From Octopus bimaculoides (lineage: Eukaryota), in assembly GCF_001194135.2 (NCBI RefSeq), contig NC_068986.1, positions 46,112,426 through 46,176,425 on the forward strand: DNA of 64,000 nucleotides, given 5' to 3'. Of the stretch, positions 38,981 to 53,979 are shown in pieces. The notes under the pieces were generated by a model, which saw nothing but the letters and a program-made list of their open reading frames with translations, was not told where the DNA came from and made no database searches. Made by a program: the position numbers and the translations under genes. How positions within the stretch are numbered: the stretch's first letter is position 1; every line of letters begins with the position of its first letter.

Positions 38981-39075
38981 TATAAGCCATCCGGTTTCAC
39001 CAGTCCTCAGTCAAATCGTCCAACCCATGCTAGCATGGAAAGCGGACGTTAAACGATGATGATGATGATGATGAT
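38981..39075 (+). mobile_element. family A 3' end after a gap
   Basis: CACCAGTCCTCAGTCAAATCGTCCAACCCATGCTAGCATGGAAAGCGGACGTTAAACGATGATG is identical to the 35.4-kb copy. Confidence 0.9.
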
Positions 39076-39261
39076 ATATACATATGTTTATGTATATATA
39101 GGTATGTATATATGGTATGAATGTGTGTGTTTGTGTGTGTGTATGTACACATACAGTCTATGTTCATATACAGAAGAACTTTATAATAAGTATGGTTTTA
39201 GGTATAATGGTAGGTAAGATTTATCTTGTTAACCAATAAAGTTTAATATTCTAATACATAA

Positions 39262-39296
<35 letters not shown>

Positions 39297-41689
39297 ACAT
39301 ATATGAAACATATATAGATATATGAAAATATTTTTCTATTCTTGATTACAGTGATGATTATGATGATGATGATGTCCTTTTTTATATTCATCTTTGAATA
39401 TTTTTACTCATGTCCAAAAGCTATGACAAACTAGTTATTTGATATGTAAAACATCTGTTACCAATATAATGTAAAGAATTAAGTTTAAACATTTTCTATT
39501 CCATTGTAAAAGTTAACTTGGAATCACAGAATACCCTCTTGTGTGCAAGTTTACAATCTGAGGATAACTTCCTCTCATTAATCTCTGAGGCCCTGAAAAG
39601 AAGCATCAGTACCACCCTATTCCTTTCACCATGCCATAAAGATTATAAATGACGAAACAATTTTGCTTTAAATGCTGCTAATTATCAACTTTGACAAATA
39701 ACATGTAGGATTTTTGTAGTATTTTTCTTAATTATCCAACAAAGGCAAAGGTGAGTGGCATGTTTAATTATTATATTTCAAGTTTCATTTACATAACTAC
39801 TTGCAATTATCAAATGATATGGTGATTTATGGTGAATTTAGGAGCAACAATTCTTGAAACAGTGATACATGTAACCTGTTCCTTCTGAAATTGAACTGCT
39901 AATAAAGAAATCGAATTGTACAAAGACACATTCATTAACACATATACACATGCAATTGTGCATATGTGCTTGTTTAATTAACTAATCTTGATAGTAGTTG
40001 AAACATAAACATTTCTACCATAACATTTCTCAATTATCACAGAGATATTATATTAAAATCTTGCTTTATTAAATATATGTGAAAGTATGAGTATTATGTG
40101 AAGCCATAAACATACAGCCATAAAAATTAGACTGAATTTTCCTTAATTATATGTTAATAGATATTTTCACTTAATCCATTAAAGTTAAAATGTTTCTATG
40201 ACTCGCTTCTTTTTCCCATATATTCACAACAATGTTTATGACTCTATAAACTAATGAACAGAAAACTGGTTTTATATTAATTCACCCATTAATTGTAGAC
40301 ACTAATCGTTTTAGTAAAATGCGAAGGCATTTTACAAATTTGACGTGTGTGGAAATTCTACTTCAGTGAGTTAGTGGATGCATTAAGCTGAAATTTGCCT
40401 GCTCATATGCTATTGCTGCAGAATCATAATCTGATTGCAAGATAAAATGGTACTGGTTGGCAGTCTTTCTCTCTCTCTCTCTCTGTATACACACACATCC
40501 CTCTCCTTCTCTTTCATTAAGTACCTTGATCCAGAGGGGTGGAAGGAACACAGACACATGGAAAAAAAAATGCATTAGCTTTAGAATTTATCTAAAAGTG
40601 TTTTGTATGCTTAGACATATGGCAAATTGCTCTTCATTAACACAAACCAGAAAATAGTAACAAAGCTTATTAAGCAATATGTCTCTAGATTTTCCATTAA
40701 TAAATAGCTTTGTATTTCAGAAGAAATGGGGAAAAATGTCTATTCTAGAGAGAAAATAGTATCAGTATGGGTATATTCACAATGATTGTGTATTTACATG
40801 ATTATTAATATAACCAAAGAATCAGGTTATTGCAGAACAGATCTAAAACAACTAATAAAGTGATGGTTATGTTACTACTGGAACCAGATAGATGCATTAT
40901 ATAAATTAGATTTAAATATTATTAAAAAAACAAAACATATGGTAGGATGTAAAATGAAACCCTTACGTTAAATTCTCATTAATCACATACCATGAAAATA
41001 AGTGCTAATCTTCAAACTATCTGTGTATGTTATAGATTTACATATCCATATAAAAGAAATTAATGAACTTTGCAGTTGTATCAAATAGATGGGTTCGTCA
41101 ATAAACTTCAAACTGGAACCATTCTTTCAAGTGTCTATAATGAACATAGTCATAAACTTGATAGAAAGATATTATGAACAAATTCTAAAATATTTCACTA
41201 TATGGAAAGCCAGCAGACTCATAAGCCGTGCATCTGAACAATTATTTAGTACCATAACGTCCTAAAGAACATTAAATATTTCCCTATAGTCAAACTACTC
41301 TTGCAAACTAAACTTCATCTCTGCCTTTATATATGATTTTATTACTAACTCTAACCTTGCTGATGACACCTCTGTGTATGACTTGCATGGCTCTTGTAAG
41401 CCATTAATTTACACCTAGTTTTCTTAGTGACCACCAGACTAAGTCAAAAAGTCCTTCCTAGGTCAACAAATTCTAGGTAAAGTGACTTAGTCTTAGCTAA
41501 AACCTTGTCATTTTCTTGCAATGAAGAGAGTATTACTGGTACCCTGTCTAACACAAACCCAAAGTGAATTTTTCCAAAATTAGCTCTCTTCCTTATTAGT
41601 TTTGCTGTAACTCTTTCTTTTGATTTCTATACACTGATCCATCAGTTTCATACCCTTGTAGATGATACCTCTTTCTAAAGTATCTCAAT

Positions 41690-42293
41690 TGTTTTTATTG
41701 TAGTAGGTGATGATTCTGTTACACCAGTTACTGGATGTGATACTTCACTGTTCTGCCTGACTGATGATGCAAGTATCTTGCATTTTTCCTACTTTGCAGG
41801 GACCATCCTTGATAATCTGGTTACATTTCCTGCCTTAATATCATTGATGATGCTTTCAACCATAAGGATGTCATCTCCAATGGCTTGCTCAGGAGTAACT
41901 TTTTCTCTCCCCAACATTCTCTTCATTCAGCAAACTTTTGTAGTGTCATTTCTGTACATGCATCTTGCCAATATTACTGAGGACAAATATGCTGCTAACC
42001 CTCTGTAAACACTTTTCTCCAGTGATGTCCTGATTTGCACACACATGTTATCCAACCCATACCAGCATAGAAGATGGACATTAAATGAGAATGATGATAT
42101 TGTGTTTCAATCTGGAATACCACTTTTCTGATACACACATGGCAGAATATTGTAAACCTTTTTACTTTCGGTTTCTCTTCATGCTCATAAACCTGATATT
42201 TAGCTTCTCTTCTAACAATCTGACATTTTTCCTTGCTTCCCACTTTCTTCCAGTATTTCTAGACCTGCACTTAGCTCTTTTAGTTCTTTTTAG

Positions 42294-42300
<7 letters not shown>
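41690..42300 (-). mobile_element. old RTE linker/RT-start fragment
   Basis: GSKEKCQIVRREAKYQVY and MVESIINDIKAGNVTRLS parallel the RTE copy at 25-26 kb. Confidence 0.6.
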
Positions 42301-42341
<41 letters not shown>

Positions 42342-42349
42342 GACACAGA

Positions 42350-42625
42350 ATGTCAGTCGACCGAAGAGTAACCTCACAGCAGTGAATATAGCTCACAACA
42401 CCTTTGAGTAAGCAGCCTTGGAGTGGACAAAATGGAGATCATCATGTCAAAAGGGTGTAGGTGACTTTGTTCCTACCAGCATTAACAGGCGAAGGGGTGC
42501 AAGCCAAAGAAGAAAAGCGGCTGCAAATACACCATTTGCACTGACCCATAATCCTCATGCTTGCAATATCTGCAGGCTTCTTTGCAAATTCTTGACAGAC
42601 TCAAATGTCACATCGACATAAGCAT
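42350..42625 (+). mobile_element. RTE/BovB-like ORF C-terminus with decayed zinc finger
   Basis: RPK..NLTAVNI...E*AALEWTKWRSSCQKGVGDF..RRKAA..HACNICRLLCK. Confidence 0.65.
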
Positions 42626-44019
42626 TATGATTGACAAAGAAAGTGTAGGTTATTGGATCCTCATATGTCAAAACCACTGGGAGAGAGAGAGAAAGAGAGT
42701 AGTAGTAGTAGTAGTAGCTGTAGTAATAGTAGATATTGCATGCTCATGAATAGATACCAACATAAATATACATGTACATTACATTTTACATGCATCTTTT
42801 ACTGCAAGATATTTCCTTGATCATCTGCTGGTTGGCAATTACAAGATTCAACAGTGTCTAGAGTGTTACTGAAATGGGTTAGTTTTTCTCAGATAGATAT
42901 CATTTCTTCAGTAATATAACCATTGTTTTCTTTTGTCTAGTCCTATCAATAAAGATTTCCTGCATGTTGTTAGTTATCATCAGGTTAATATCGATTGATC
43001 AGATATTTTATTAATATGTTCCAACTGTGACCATTCCATCCTCTATTCAAACACTTTTTCTCGAATTACATTAACCAATGTAAGATAATATAGTTTGACT
43101 TGTTATGGTAATGGCTGCTATTTCTAGCAGATTGTGTGACTGTAAAGATGTTCCCTTCTTGGCAGGAATGTTAACTCACTTAGTAAGATGAAAAATGACT
43201 GAATGGATATAGTACTGGATGGACAGCTTATGTCTTTAATTCTAATCCATTGTTTGCAAAAAATTGGCATATGTTTATTTTTCTACTCAATTCATAACTT
43301 GAGAATAGGTAGCAGACTATCTGAGAATGTCTCCTGAAAGATCTTTCATATATTAAGCACTATGAAACTCCTATTAAACATTGTCCATTGAATCCATCTC
43401 TTGAAAGGGTGAGAATATATTTACTATCTCTATATTTGAAAAATTTATGTATATAATGAACAATGCTATTACTAGTAAATAAATAACAAGTATACACATA
43501 GGTACAAGGGAAATATATGCATACATTCAATAGAAAATACACACACATCTGATAAAAGTATTCTCATAGATAGATACTGTAGCTATCAAATAACAGTATA
43601 AGAATATTAATCTCTTAGTTTTGAGATCAAATTTTACATCTGTTGTTGTGGTGTACCTCTGGGGAACCGGACAATCTTTTTCTCATCCAAACTAGGTTGA
43701 ATGTCAAAACAGGTTTCCTTCTTACTTCGTGGTCATTGTTTAACCCTAAATCATTTGTGATGGAGTGCATCTAGGTATTCCAGTTATGACCATCCACCTT
43801 CTTAGGGATATCTAGCACTGCACTTATGCATCCTTCCCCTGTTTTTTTTAACATTGTAGGGTGTGATTAAGAGTTGTTATTTCTTACAGGCTGAGTACTC
43901 ACATACAGGTTTCCTCATTGGTTTCCTAGCTGAGTGATCAGTTGTAGAATGATGATCAAATAATTAAAAGGTCTTTAACAAATACAAAAATCCATCCATT
44001 TATCTTTTCTGCCTATTAT

Positions 44020-44260
44020 TCCTGGGAGAACCATGAGGGCAGAACCTTCAGGCATTACATCCAGAATGTTCTATCAGAAGCAACTATCATTAGACTTTCC
44101 AGTTGGACTCTCAAGCTTGAACATTTGAGACAGCAGATATTATCCAACTGCATCACTCATAGGCTACTTCTAGGTTTCCTGCTGGTTGGTTTGGCTTGAA
44201 GAGTCCATCTTGTGATTCTTTCTTTAAGCATTCAACTCACATTAATAAAGGAAACTTGAT
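44020..44260 (-). mobile_element. RTE 3'-end fragment
   Basis: Minus strand RML.ERITRWTLQAKPTSRKPRSSL..QLDNI resembles the RTE C-terminal G.RPRGRP..RW.D motif. Confidence 0.55.
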
Positions 44261-44805
44261 TTCAAATTGCATATATTTTATCATGAATTAATTATAAATA
44301 TCAAAATACATTTCTATAAACATTACAATTTTTGAATCTGCACTGTATTCAGTTAATCAAGTCTTTTAAATAAATGGTTATTACAACCTTAGTTGTATTA
44401 TTCCTTTCGAGTAATGACACAACCAGTCATTTGTAAAAGAGGAAGATAGTCAAACAAACCAACTTCTGTCCATTACTGGCACTTATGACACGTCTCAAGA
44501 GAAATTAAAATCAAAGTCTATTAGAATTAGATATGAATATAGAACACTGAGAGGTAAAACTAAATATTTGAGGCATATAGTATTCTGTTTTACTGTTTCT
44601 CTCTTTAACTGGTCCACATCCATATATAATGTATAGCATTACATAATACACATGCACACATGCACACACACACACACAGTGGTACCACTCAAAGATGCAT
44701 TTATGTGTAATATAGAATGGAATGGGAATACTGAAGAAGAATATATACACACATGCATAGTTGAAGGCATGTATATAAGCAGGTGTGTAAACAAACTATT
44801 TCCAA

Positions 44806-44863
<58 letters not shown>

Positions 44864-46109
44864 ATGTATATATATACGTGTATATATGTATGTATCTGGT
44901 GAGAGAGATGATAATACATGCGCATATAGAGACATATATGCTGTTTATATAAGCATGTGTGTGTATTGTATTATATATATAATCATATAATTATATATCA
45001 TACAATGCACACACAAGCTTATATAAACAGCATACATAATATTTCTATGTGCAAGTGTTATCATGAGATAGTTCTAAAAATATAATGATATTGCCATAAT
45101 CTTAAACATTTTCAAATATGTCCTCTACACAGTCTAATGAATCTTTTAAAAAGCAGAGCTGGTATCATTAATTGATCAATTCAGTCTTTGAGAGAAGAAA
45201 ATATCTTAATAAAAACTTCATTTTTATAGAAGAAATGCTCAGATTTTGTCTCAGGACAGTATTCTGCTTTGAATATTTGATGGAAAATAAATTCATAGTT
45301 GATACGATTTTTTTTATTGATTTCTATGAAGTTTTCACTTGACATAATGAATATCTATTGATTGTTTAAAGCTTTGTGGCTAATATAATATCTTCACCAT
45401 TATTCATTTTCTAAAGTGATTGCAAAAACAAGAAAGGCAAAAAAAAATAAAATAAAATAAGCCCCGAAACAATTGGATCTGTGCCACTGTGCATTATGGA
45501 GATTGTTTGGTAAACAATAGTGATGAATGTATAGATAACTATTGTAGTGTGTCTTTGGGGAATTAAGGTAATGATTTTGTGCTATTAGAAAAGTAGTGGA
45601 ATAGTAATATCTGCTGAAAGCTAACTGACATAGAAACTAGTTAGAAAACAATGATAATAGGCATATGCTTTACGGTAGCTTAAAATGGATGCATAGAAAG
45701 CAAAAAGCAACTACATATCAAATAGATTTGAGAACTTTAAAGTGATAAATTTTCTTTTTCTTTCATAAATATTCTTAGTCAACAAGTACTAAATGATATA
45801 CAATAGTCCATGGGTAGATAATGAGTATGCTGCATTCAATAATTGTGAAATAATCTGTTCTAACAAACTATCCATTGGAATTTTGTTAAGCCTCATATCA
45901 AAACTATTAATGCAATTGAAAACTGTCAATAATTAAGCATAGATAATCTTTAATAAATCAAACTCTGTTCTATCAAAACATAGTCTTCAAGATATTGAAA
46001 CCAATTAATGTGTGTGTATGTTTTTCCATGTACTTCACATTCAGTGTGCTGTGTATATAAAATTGACATATGTTGTATTTTATGAAATAGATTTTTTGAT
46101 GCATAGTAG

Positions 46110-46550
46110 TCAGAGTAAGATCTCTGCTGACAACTAAGATCTTCTCCCAGATAGTGAAGGGCAAGCTGTATGATGCTTGTATTCAAATTGACACAACATG
46201 GTCATGAGAGACAGGCCTTGAATACAGAGGTTTTATGAAGTGTAGAAAGAAATGAAGCAATTATGCTCTGTTGGATGTTTAATGTTAGCATCCATGAATA
46301 TTAAAGTACAAATGAACTGAGAGAAAAATTGGGCATAAGAGGAATGAAAACTTGTGTGATAGAGAAATGACTTCACTGGATACGTACGGACATATAAAGG
46401 CATTCAATATAAATGAAACTTGTGGAAGACTTAGGACAAAGTAGTAAAGATTGATCTCATGTAGAGATTACAAACAAGAAGTTGATTGGTGAAATGTGAT
46501 GGTGTAGAAGACTTGACTACCCATGCATGCATGGCAAAACAAGCATTAAA
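46110..46550 (+). mobile_element. old RTE RT C-terminal fragment
   Basis: LLTTKIFSQIVKGKLYDACI plus RNEA.ML.W and LREKLGI-like pieces across frameshifts. Confidence 0.65.
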
Positions 46551-46645
46551 ATGTGGTAGTTATGGAGGCTAGAACATACATACATGCATCTCTGTATGTG
46601 TGTATAAATACACATGCATACATATACATATGTGTGTTTGTGCAT

Positions 46646-46681
<36 letters not shown>

Positions 46682-47676
46682 CTTTTATTCATTTGTAGCT
46701 TCTCAGCCTCAATCTGCTGCTCTTCTTGGCTTGATTTTTAATCTTCTCTCTCTCCCTCCCTTTCTCTCTCTCTCTTGCTAACTTATAGCTATGTAAGTAT
46801 CTCTCTTTCATTATGATACCTGAGAAACAAATAAAGAATTGCATTGGATCTGACAGAATCATATGCCTTTCTACTACTGACTTTCTCCCCCATCTCTCTC
46901 TCATCAGCAAATATGTTGATGCCATTTGTCCTATCTCATCCTGTGCTGCTAGATAACCTTTTAAACTAGTTAACCACAATTCCAATCACCTCTCTTGTTA
47001 GTCATCTTTTATTAATGTTCATCACACTTTCTTACCACTGATCATTTCTATGATTATTCATTACCTTCCATCTACCCTCCACATCTACCATTCCTCTCAT
47101 TACACTCTAACACTACTGTTTCTTTCCCTTCTGTTATTTCTAGTACCGAACCTTGCAAATTCTTCCTCCTCTCACACTGTAATTCCAACTGCTGTCTCCT
47201 TCACCATACTCTCTCCCTCTCTCTTTTCTTTCTCCATTTTGGTTTACCTTCTGCAATCACCCTCACTCTTATCCATTATATTGGTCATGTTGCCTTAATC
47301 AAACAGAGACAATGTGAATGATGAGGTCCCTTTTTTGTTTTGAAAATTACAAGACAACCTCACTTGTGCTGGTACCTTGATAAAACACATGCAGTAAACT
47401 CTTTAAAGTAACTGGCAAATGAGCAAAGTCAATAGTACCCTTTAATCCTATCCTGTTGAGGATACAACAACATTACTAGCATTGGTACTAAGATAAAATT
47501 CAACTAGTACATTTGTAAACTGTTTGGTGTCATAGAAACCCTAGCAAATAAAATATATGAATAAGACATGGTCCACAGGCACATCTAGGAAGAAAGGCAG
47601 GATCTCCAAATAAGAACTGGTTTGGACAAGACAACTCATGCCAACAGGGAAAGCAGTTGTAAAATGATGAGGATAG

Positions 47677-47711
<35 letters not shown>

Positions 47712-50012
47712 CCTCATAATCACCATCAACTATTTTCATGCTTCAACAGTAGGTAAAATGATCAATGGATGATACTCAACCCACTTCTCTCCAACTGCAG
47801 AAAATCACCTTCATTAACTGGTGTACAGCATCACTTTCTTGCATATGCCACAAATTGTCAGCGTTTTATACAGAGAATCTCACAATTTGTTTTCAGACGA
47901 AGTAGCAGCTCTCAGAATGCCTATCTGGTTTATATAGGAGCCAACTTGCTAATAATAGCTGAACCAATACAAATGACTAATATCAGAGTATCCAAATACA
48001 GTAAGCTGTCAGAATTGTTAACATGCCAGGCAAAATGCTTAGTGGCATTTCCTTTGTCTTTATGTTGTGATTTCAAATTTTGTCAAGGGCAACTTTGCCT
48101 TTCATCCATTCAAAAATGATAAAATAAATATCAGTTGACCACTGGGGTCAATGTAATCAACTTACCCTTTCCCCCAAAAGTGCTGGCTTTGTGTCACAGT
48201 TAGAAAACAATATCAGAACATCCAGTGAAATTACAAATTATTGTTGTTCATCTCTTCTTATAGTGAGAAAATTTAAAGAATATTTTATGTTTTTTCAATC
48301 ATATATTTCTATCTACACCATATTGCTAAATTACATTTCCGATATTATGTAGTATATTATTTCTCATGTGAAAGTGCTTTTTTACAGTTTTCAGATTCTC
48401 TACTCTATTGTTGATTCAAAACACCTGGAAGCACTGAAGAAGTAGAATGATTAAACAAAGAATTATTCCAAATATTATGTACCTGTAAACAATATCAAGA
48501 GGAAACATGAGGAAATAACTGTATGCACAAGAACTTTTTATTGTATTTTTTAAAATATCTCTCTGAGAGTTGTTGAATACGGAGATCTAAAACTAAATCT
48601 AATTTTGAAACTTATCATTTATGGTTTCTGTTCTTAAAATCAGCTATAGAGAAGAAAAAATGGCAGATATTATTATGAAGAAAGAGAGAACGAGAGAGAA
48701 AGTTCAACATGCATAGAAGGGTCATGCAGGGTGAATAAATGGTAGTAAATATAAAGCTGCAAAAATACAGGGTGAGGTCTTTTAAATGAAACTCAAACAG
48801 CTGAGGTTATTCCTTAGGTATCATAGAAAAGATTCTAAGCTAGATGAAAAACAAATTCTTCAAAATTAAATATGAATAGTAAACATTACAATCATTTGCA
48901 AGAGTAGGAAAGATCCCTGGGGACAGTACAATGTTCATCTTAATATAAAGAGTGGTCAATATACAAAGAACTTCAAACACCAAGTTGTGTATAGAAATTC
49001 TCGACATGTATAATTCAGAAAAAATTAATTGAACACATGAGCGAGTTTAGAATGATATTCAGCATATTCAGAGATGCAAAAGAACAAAATGCAGAGAGGT
49101 TTGAAATATACATTTTCTTCAAGAGTTTCTAAGATGGTTTAACATAACTTAAGTGTATTATAATTTAAATGGCTTCTTGTTAATATCATGAGAAATGCTA
49201 TGACGTTATTTTGCTACATGATTACAAGAGAAAGAACAAAACACTAGTTAGATTAGCTTTATTGGAATCTATTTACAATAAGTCTGTTTCAATATTAATA
49301 CCTTTATGAAGAATCGAAATGGTTAGCATTACACAACTTTGAAAGACTTCATAAATGTAAATTAATAAAAAATATAGAATGAAATTTGAGGAAGACAAAC
49401 ACCCTAAATATTAAAATTATTTTCCTGCTTCATTGTTGACATGTGTAAGACATTTAGGAGTAGAATATAAAAAGAGCAGAGTGTAAATATATTTAAGTTG
49501 TTCGCATGTACATTTTGTCTAAATTATTCCAGAGCACTGTTTGCTCTTTTAGACTGTAAACATAATTTTTCTATTTAAGCTTTCCAGCAATGTCATTTTC
49601 AATATGTCTAATAAATTTACTTGATAAAAATAATGGTTATTATTTTGTAATTTTAGAAAAGTTTTTCCATTTTTGAAGAAAGTAAGTGTTCAGTTTTAGA
49701 AATATTTAAACAGATTTTTTATTAATATTTACTCACTTAAAGAAGAAGCAAAACTTTTTTCTCCATAGACTTGAAAGCTATCTTCAAATAAGTAGTTTGG
49801 CGACATTCAGAAAGTGGTGCATTTCACAGCATAGCAGAGAGCATTAACATATAGTTTTTATTAAAAATAAGCAACACTTCTTAAAAAAAAAATTATCACG
49901 TTTGAAGGTGTGACATTTTGAGTAATATTTTCTTTTCTTACTTGTTTCAATGACTATGTAATGTTTGAGCACCATCTAGAGTATAATCCATCACACCAAC
50001 TCCAGCACATAA

Positions 50013-50100
<88 letters not shown>

Positions 50101-50110
50101 CGTGTGTGTA

Positions 50111-51338
50111 TTGGATCATACATTAAATAATGTGAGTTGTTTTCATTTGCATGAACTAAAAGTCAGAGGGTGATGGGATAAACTACCGGCATCAACTTGC
50201 TATAAAAGCAGGTAGTAATTTTACCTTGTCCTTATTCTTAGTGCAAGTTTTGAAGAGTGCAGTTCGATTTTAACAGTTATTTTTCAAAGCTATAATGGAA
50301 GTGACAAAGGAACATATTCAGCATATTCTGCTTTGTGAGTTCAATAAAGGCAACAACACAATGGAAAGAGTGAGGTAAATTGATCCAGTATATGAGGATC
50401 GGACAATAAGCATAAGCCAGTGTCAACGGTAGTTTCAGAAATTCTGAGCCGAAACTACAGCCTAGAAAACAAGCTTCATCCTAGAAGATCTGTAGAGCTG
50501 GATGGGGATGACATGCAAACCCTAGTGGAACAAAAATCCCATCGTAACTAGCAGAGATGCTTGGATTTGGTCATTCAACCATTTATTGACATCTGTGTGC
50601 CATCAGAAAAGTCAGCAAATTAGCTCAATAGATTCCTCACAAACTTCCCGAGTGTAATCTAGTGTAGAGAGTGAAAGTGTGCTCTTCTTTGCTGTCACCG
50701 GTAGCGAGAAATGTGTTCTCTATAAAAATGTCAACTGACAAAGCGAGTGAGCAGGGAAAGGAGAAACACTGGCACTCTTGGTTAAAGAAGGTTTTGTTAT
50801 CTGTTTGGTGGGATATGAAAGGTTTAGTCCACTTTGAAATTTTAAACCCAAACCAAATGATTACAAATGAAATCTACTGCAAACAGTTTGAGCAGCTTAA
50901 GTCAGTGCAAGGAGAAAAACGACCATCTTTGATTTCAAGACGAAAGTTGTTCTTCCATCAGGATAATGCTCAGCCACATACAGTGAGGATGACATTCCAA
51001 AGGCTGGAGCAGTTTGAATGGGAAATGGTGTTCCACCCACCATATTTACCAGACATTGCCCCATGTGATAATCATATATTCTGCAGTCTTCAAAATGATT
51101 TGGGTGGAAAAAAATATGAACTCAGCAGATGCAGTCAGAACAGTAATGGAGGAGTATTTTTCATCATGGACAAGTGAATTTTGGAAGAGGCGGGGGGCTT
51201 GCAAGTCTACCAGATAGGTGAAAGAGCATTGTAGAAAATGAAGGAGGATATATTTTCGATTAAAAAAGAACTTTGTTTATCTTAATTTTGGAAAATAAAA
51301 GAAGTATAAAAAACTACATTATTTATGGGATGACTCAA
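50111..51338 (+). mobile_element. near full-length mariner, transposase pseudogene
   Basis: Imperfect TIRs TTGGATCATACATTAAATAATGT / reverse complement TTGAGTCATCCCATAAATAATGT with TA flanks. ATG at 50295 (MEVTKEHIQHILLCEF), then KKVLLSVWWD, FFHQDNAQPH and HPPYLPDIAPCD. Stops, frameshifts and an internal deletion. Confidence 0.9.
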
Positions 51339-51360
51339 TACACACATGCAAGTAGGCACG

Positions 51361-51397
<37 letters not shown>

Positions 51398-51559
51398 ATG
51401 AAAGCCAAAAATTATCCACACTTTGCCAAGGCTTTCTTTAGGTAGGCTGCACTGCCTTCAGCACTCATATGCTAAAATGTTCTCTTGTGATTACATAACT
51501 GAGGTTTGACTTTGACTCTCCCAGTTTTCTTCCTTGTGCTACTGAGTAAACATGGCTAC

Positions 51560-52440
51560 TTCACAAGCAGTGTGCACTGAGGGAGAACAGAGATCAGTGA
51601 TCTGATTTCTTTATTCTGAAAGTGTGCCAGGGTTTGAAATTCATCGCAGGTTTTCAGTACAATATGGGGACAGTACTCTATCACATAGAAGTTTGTATGA
51701 GTAAACAAAGAAGTTTAAAAACGGCCAGACAAGCATGAAACATAAAGAGAAAGCAATCTACTTCCACCACTGATATGAAGATTCAAGAAGCTTAAGAGAT
51801 CATTCTGATGAACTGATGTGTGACCCTCAATGAGATGGCAAATTAGCTTTTCTTCTCCATACAAAATCATCCATGACAAATTTCACTTCCTTAAAGTCTG
51901 TGCAAGATGGGTGCCAAGAGAGCTTACTAATGTGTATAAGTACAAATGTGTGGAGAACTGTCTGTGCTTACTAGACCACTGCAAGGATGAAGGTGAAGCT
52001 TAATGATACCTGGGCCCATCACTTTGAGCCAAAATCCAAAAGGCAGAGAATGGAGTGGTAACAGCCTGAATCGCCATTGAAAAAGAAATTCAACCTTTCA
52101 TAGAAAAGGTGATGCTAACCATTTCTGGAGGCCCAGATGGGCCTATATTGTTATATTATCTAGAAAGAGGGTCTACAGTCACAAGTGTGTGGTCTACAGT
52201 GAAATGCTGGTCAACAAACTGAAACTAGCAATTCACATCAAACACTGAGGTCTGTTTCAATATCAAGTGTTATTGCTGCATGACAATGCATCCCCATATA
52301 TGAGAAACTATTGGAAAATTGGGTTTCAAGTTGCTAGAATAGCTTGCATACAGACCAGATCTCAACCCTTCCAGCTATTACCTCTTTGGACCACTTAAAC
52401 ATTCTTTACGAGGTTACAGACAATGAAGTGCATACAAGTT
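51560..52440 (+). mobile_element. second, older mariner transposase remnant of a different subfamily
   Basis: EIHRRFSVQYGDSTLS, KVCARWVPRELT, WAHHFEPKSKRQRMEW, KVMLTI, LLLHDNA, YRPDLNPSSYYLFGPLK. Confidence 0.8.
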
Positions 52441-53013
52441 TTGACTTTACCTCACATGTATGCACACACACACACACACAAATGTACACACACACACACA
52501 CACATATATATAGATAGATAGATAGATAGATAGATATTCATCTAGTATTTCATGATTGACAATTTTTAACAAATGAAAATTAGATTCAGATTTGATTAAT
52601 ACCAATTGAGGGATTATTTCTAATAAACAAATATATAACAGGGAGACAAATCAAAGATTGCCTTATGATGATAATGCCAATCATATTCTAGACATCAGCC
52701 TATAAAAGCTGAATATATTTAAAGATGCCCTATAGAAATTGGTAATATTTCATTTATATTTTCAATGGAAACAGTTATTTGCTACCAAATTAATATGATG
52801 TCTGCAAGAACTTAAACTATAAAAGTAAAGAAGCTCAAAAATAAATTTTAAAGTCAGTACACAAATTCTGTTATTATTAGATATTAAAAGACATTATAAG
52901 TACCAGAGAAATGTAATGTATATATAAGTATGTTGTTACATATGTATATAGAAATATATATATATATATATATATATGCATGTATATGTATGAATATATG
53001 CATGTGTATATGT

Positions 53014-53059
<46 letters not shown>

Positions 53060-53062
<3 letters not shown>

Positions 53063-53957
53063 TGATAATAACTACAGAAATCAACCGTCCAAAGGCAAAT
53101 GGGTAAAGACATTCTCACAGCATACAATCAAGTATTTGGACTCACGTGGACCAGTTTTTGCACTGGCATAATAGCCTCAGCTTCCTCAGTACACGTTACG
53201 ATGATAGAAACCCCCAACCCATCACGTTGAAGTCTGCACTGTAACTGATTCATTTTGCACTGAAATCCTGTCAGCCACCAGTGTGAAAATAATTTCAATA
53301 CGGAGCAAATAATTCACAAAAGAAAATAATTCATGAAAAAATAATTTGCGAAGATATTATTGACTATAATTATCTAGCGTGCCAATTTAAAAATGATAAT
53401 AACAGTGTCTATAATATAGGCAATTGCAGGCTCCCTGTAGTTATTATAAGTGTATTTTGGCAATTTAAATAAGAGTTTTGACTGTTATTTCCAGCAGGTA
53501 GACATACTTAGTATCCTTCAGCTATTTCATGCGGTTTCGGGGGCCTGCAATCGCCTATATTATTGATTCTGTTATTATCATTTTTAAATTGTTACACTAG
53601 ATAATAACAGAGTCAATAATATCTTTGCAAATTATTTCTTGCTTGTGAATTATTTGCTCCATATTAAAATTATTTTCAAATTGGTGACTGCCATGATTTT
53701 GGTGCAAAATGAATCAGTTGCAGTGCAGACTTCAACACAATGGGTTGGAGGTCTCTATTATGGTAACACGTGCTGAGGAAGCTGAGGCTATTATGCCAGT
53801 GCAGTCCACGTGAGTCCAAATACTTGAATGTATGCTGTGAGATTGTCTTAGCCCAGTTGCCTTCGTATGGTTGATTTTTGTAGTCATTATCAGTGTATTT
53901 TGGCGATTTAAACAAGGGTTTTGACTATTATCTACAGCAGGTAGACATACTTAGTAT
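53060..53957. repeat. long imperfect inverted repeat (fold-back) with duplicated spacer
   Basis: Arms 53060-53435 and 53539-53895 are reverse complements. Spacer part 53436-53514 recurs directly at 53879-53957. Confidence 0.9.
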
Positions 53958-53979
53958 GTCCTTTGATTAATTTTATATA

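Noticed and set aside
39530-40430. Two small acceptor-led open frames on the minus strand (about 39530-39610 and 40363-40430)
   Set aside because: Reading frame and donors are ambiguous, with no recognisable product.
53773-53800. CTGAGGA in the fold-back arms as a possible hammerhead core
   Set aside because: Neither arm has a downstream GAAA, so no ribozyme can be drawn.
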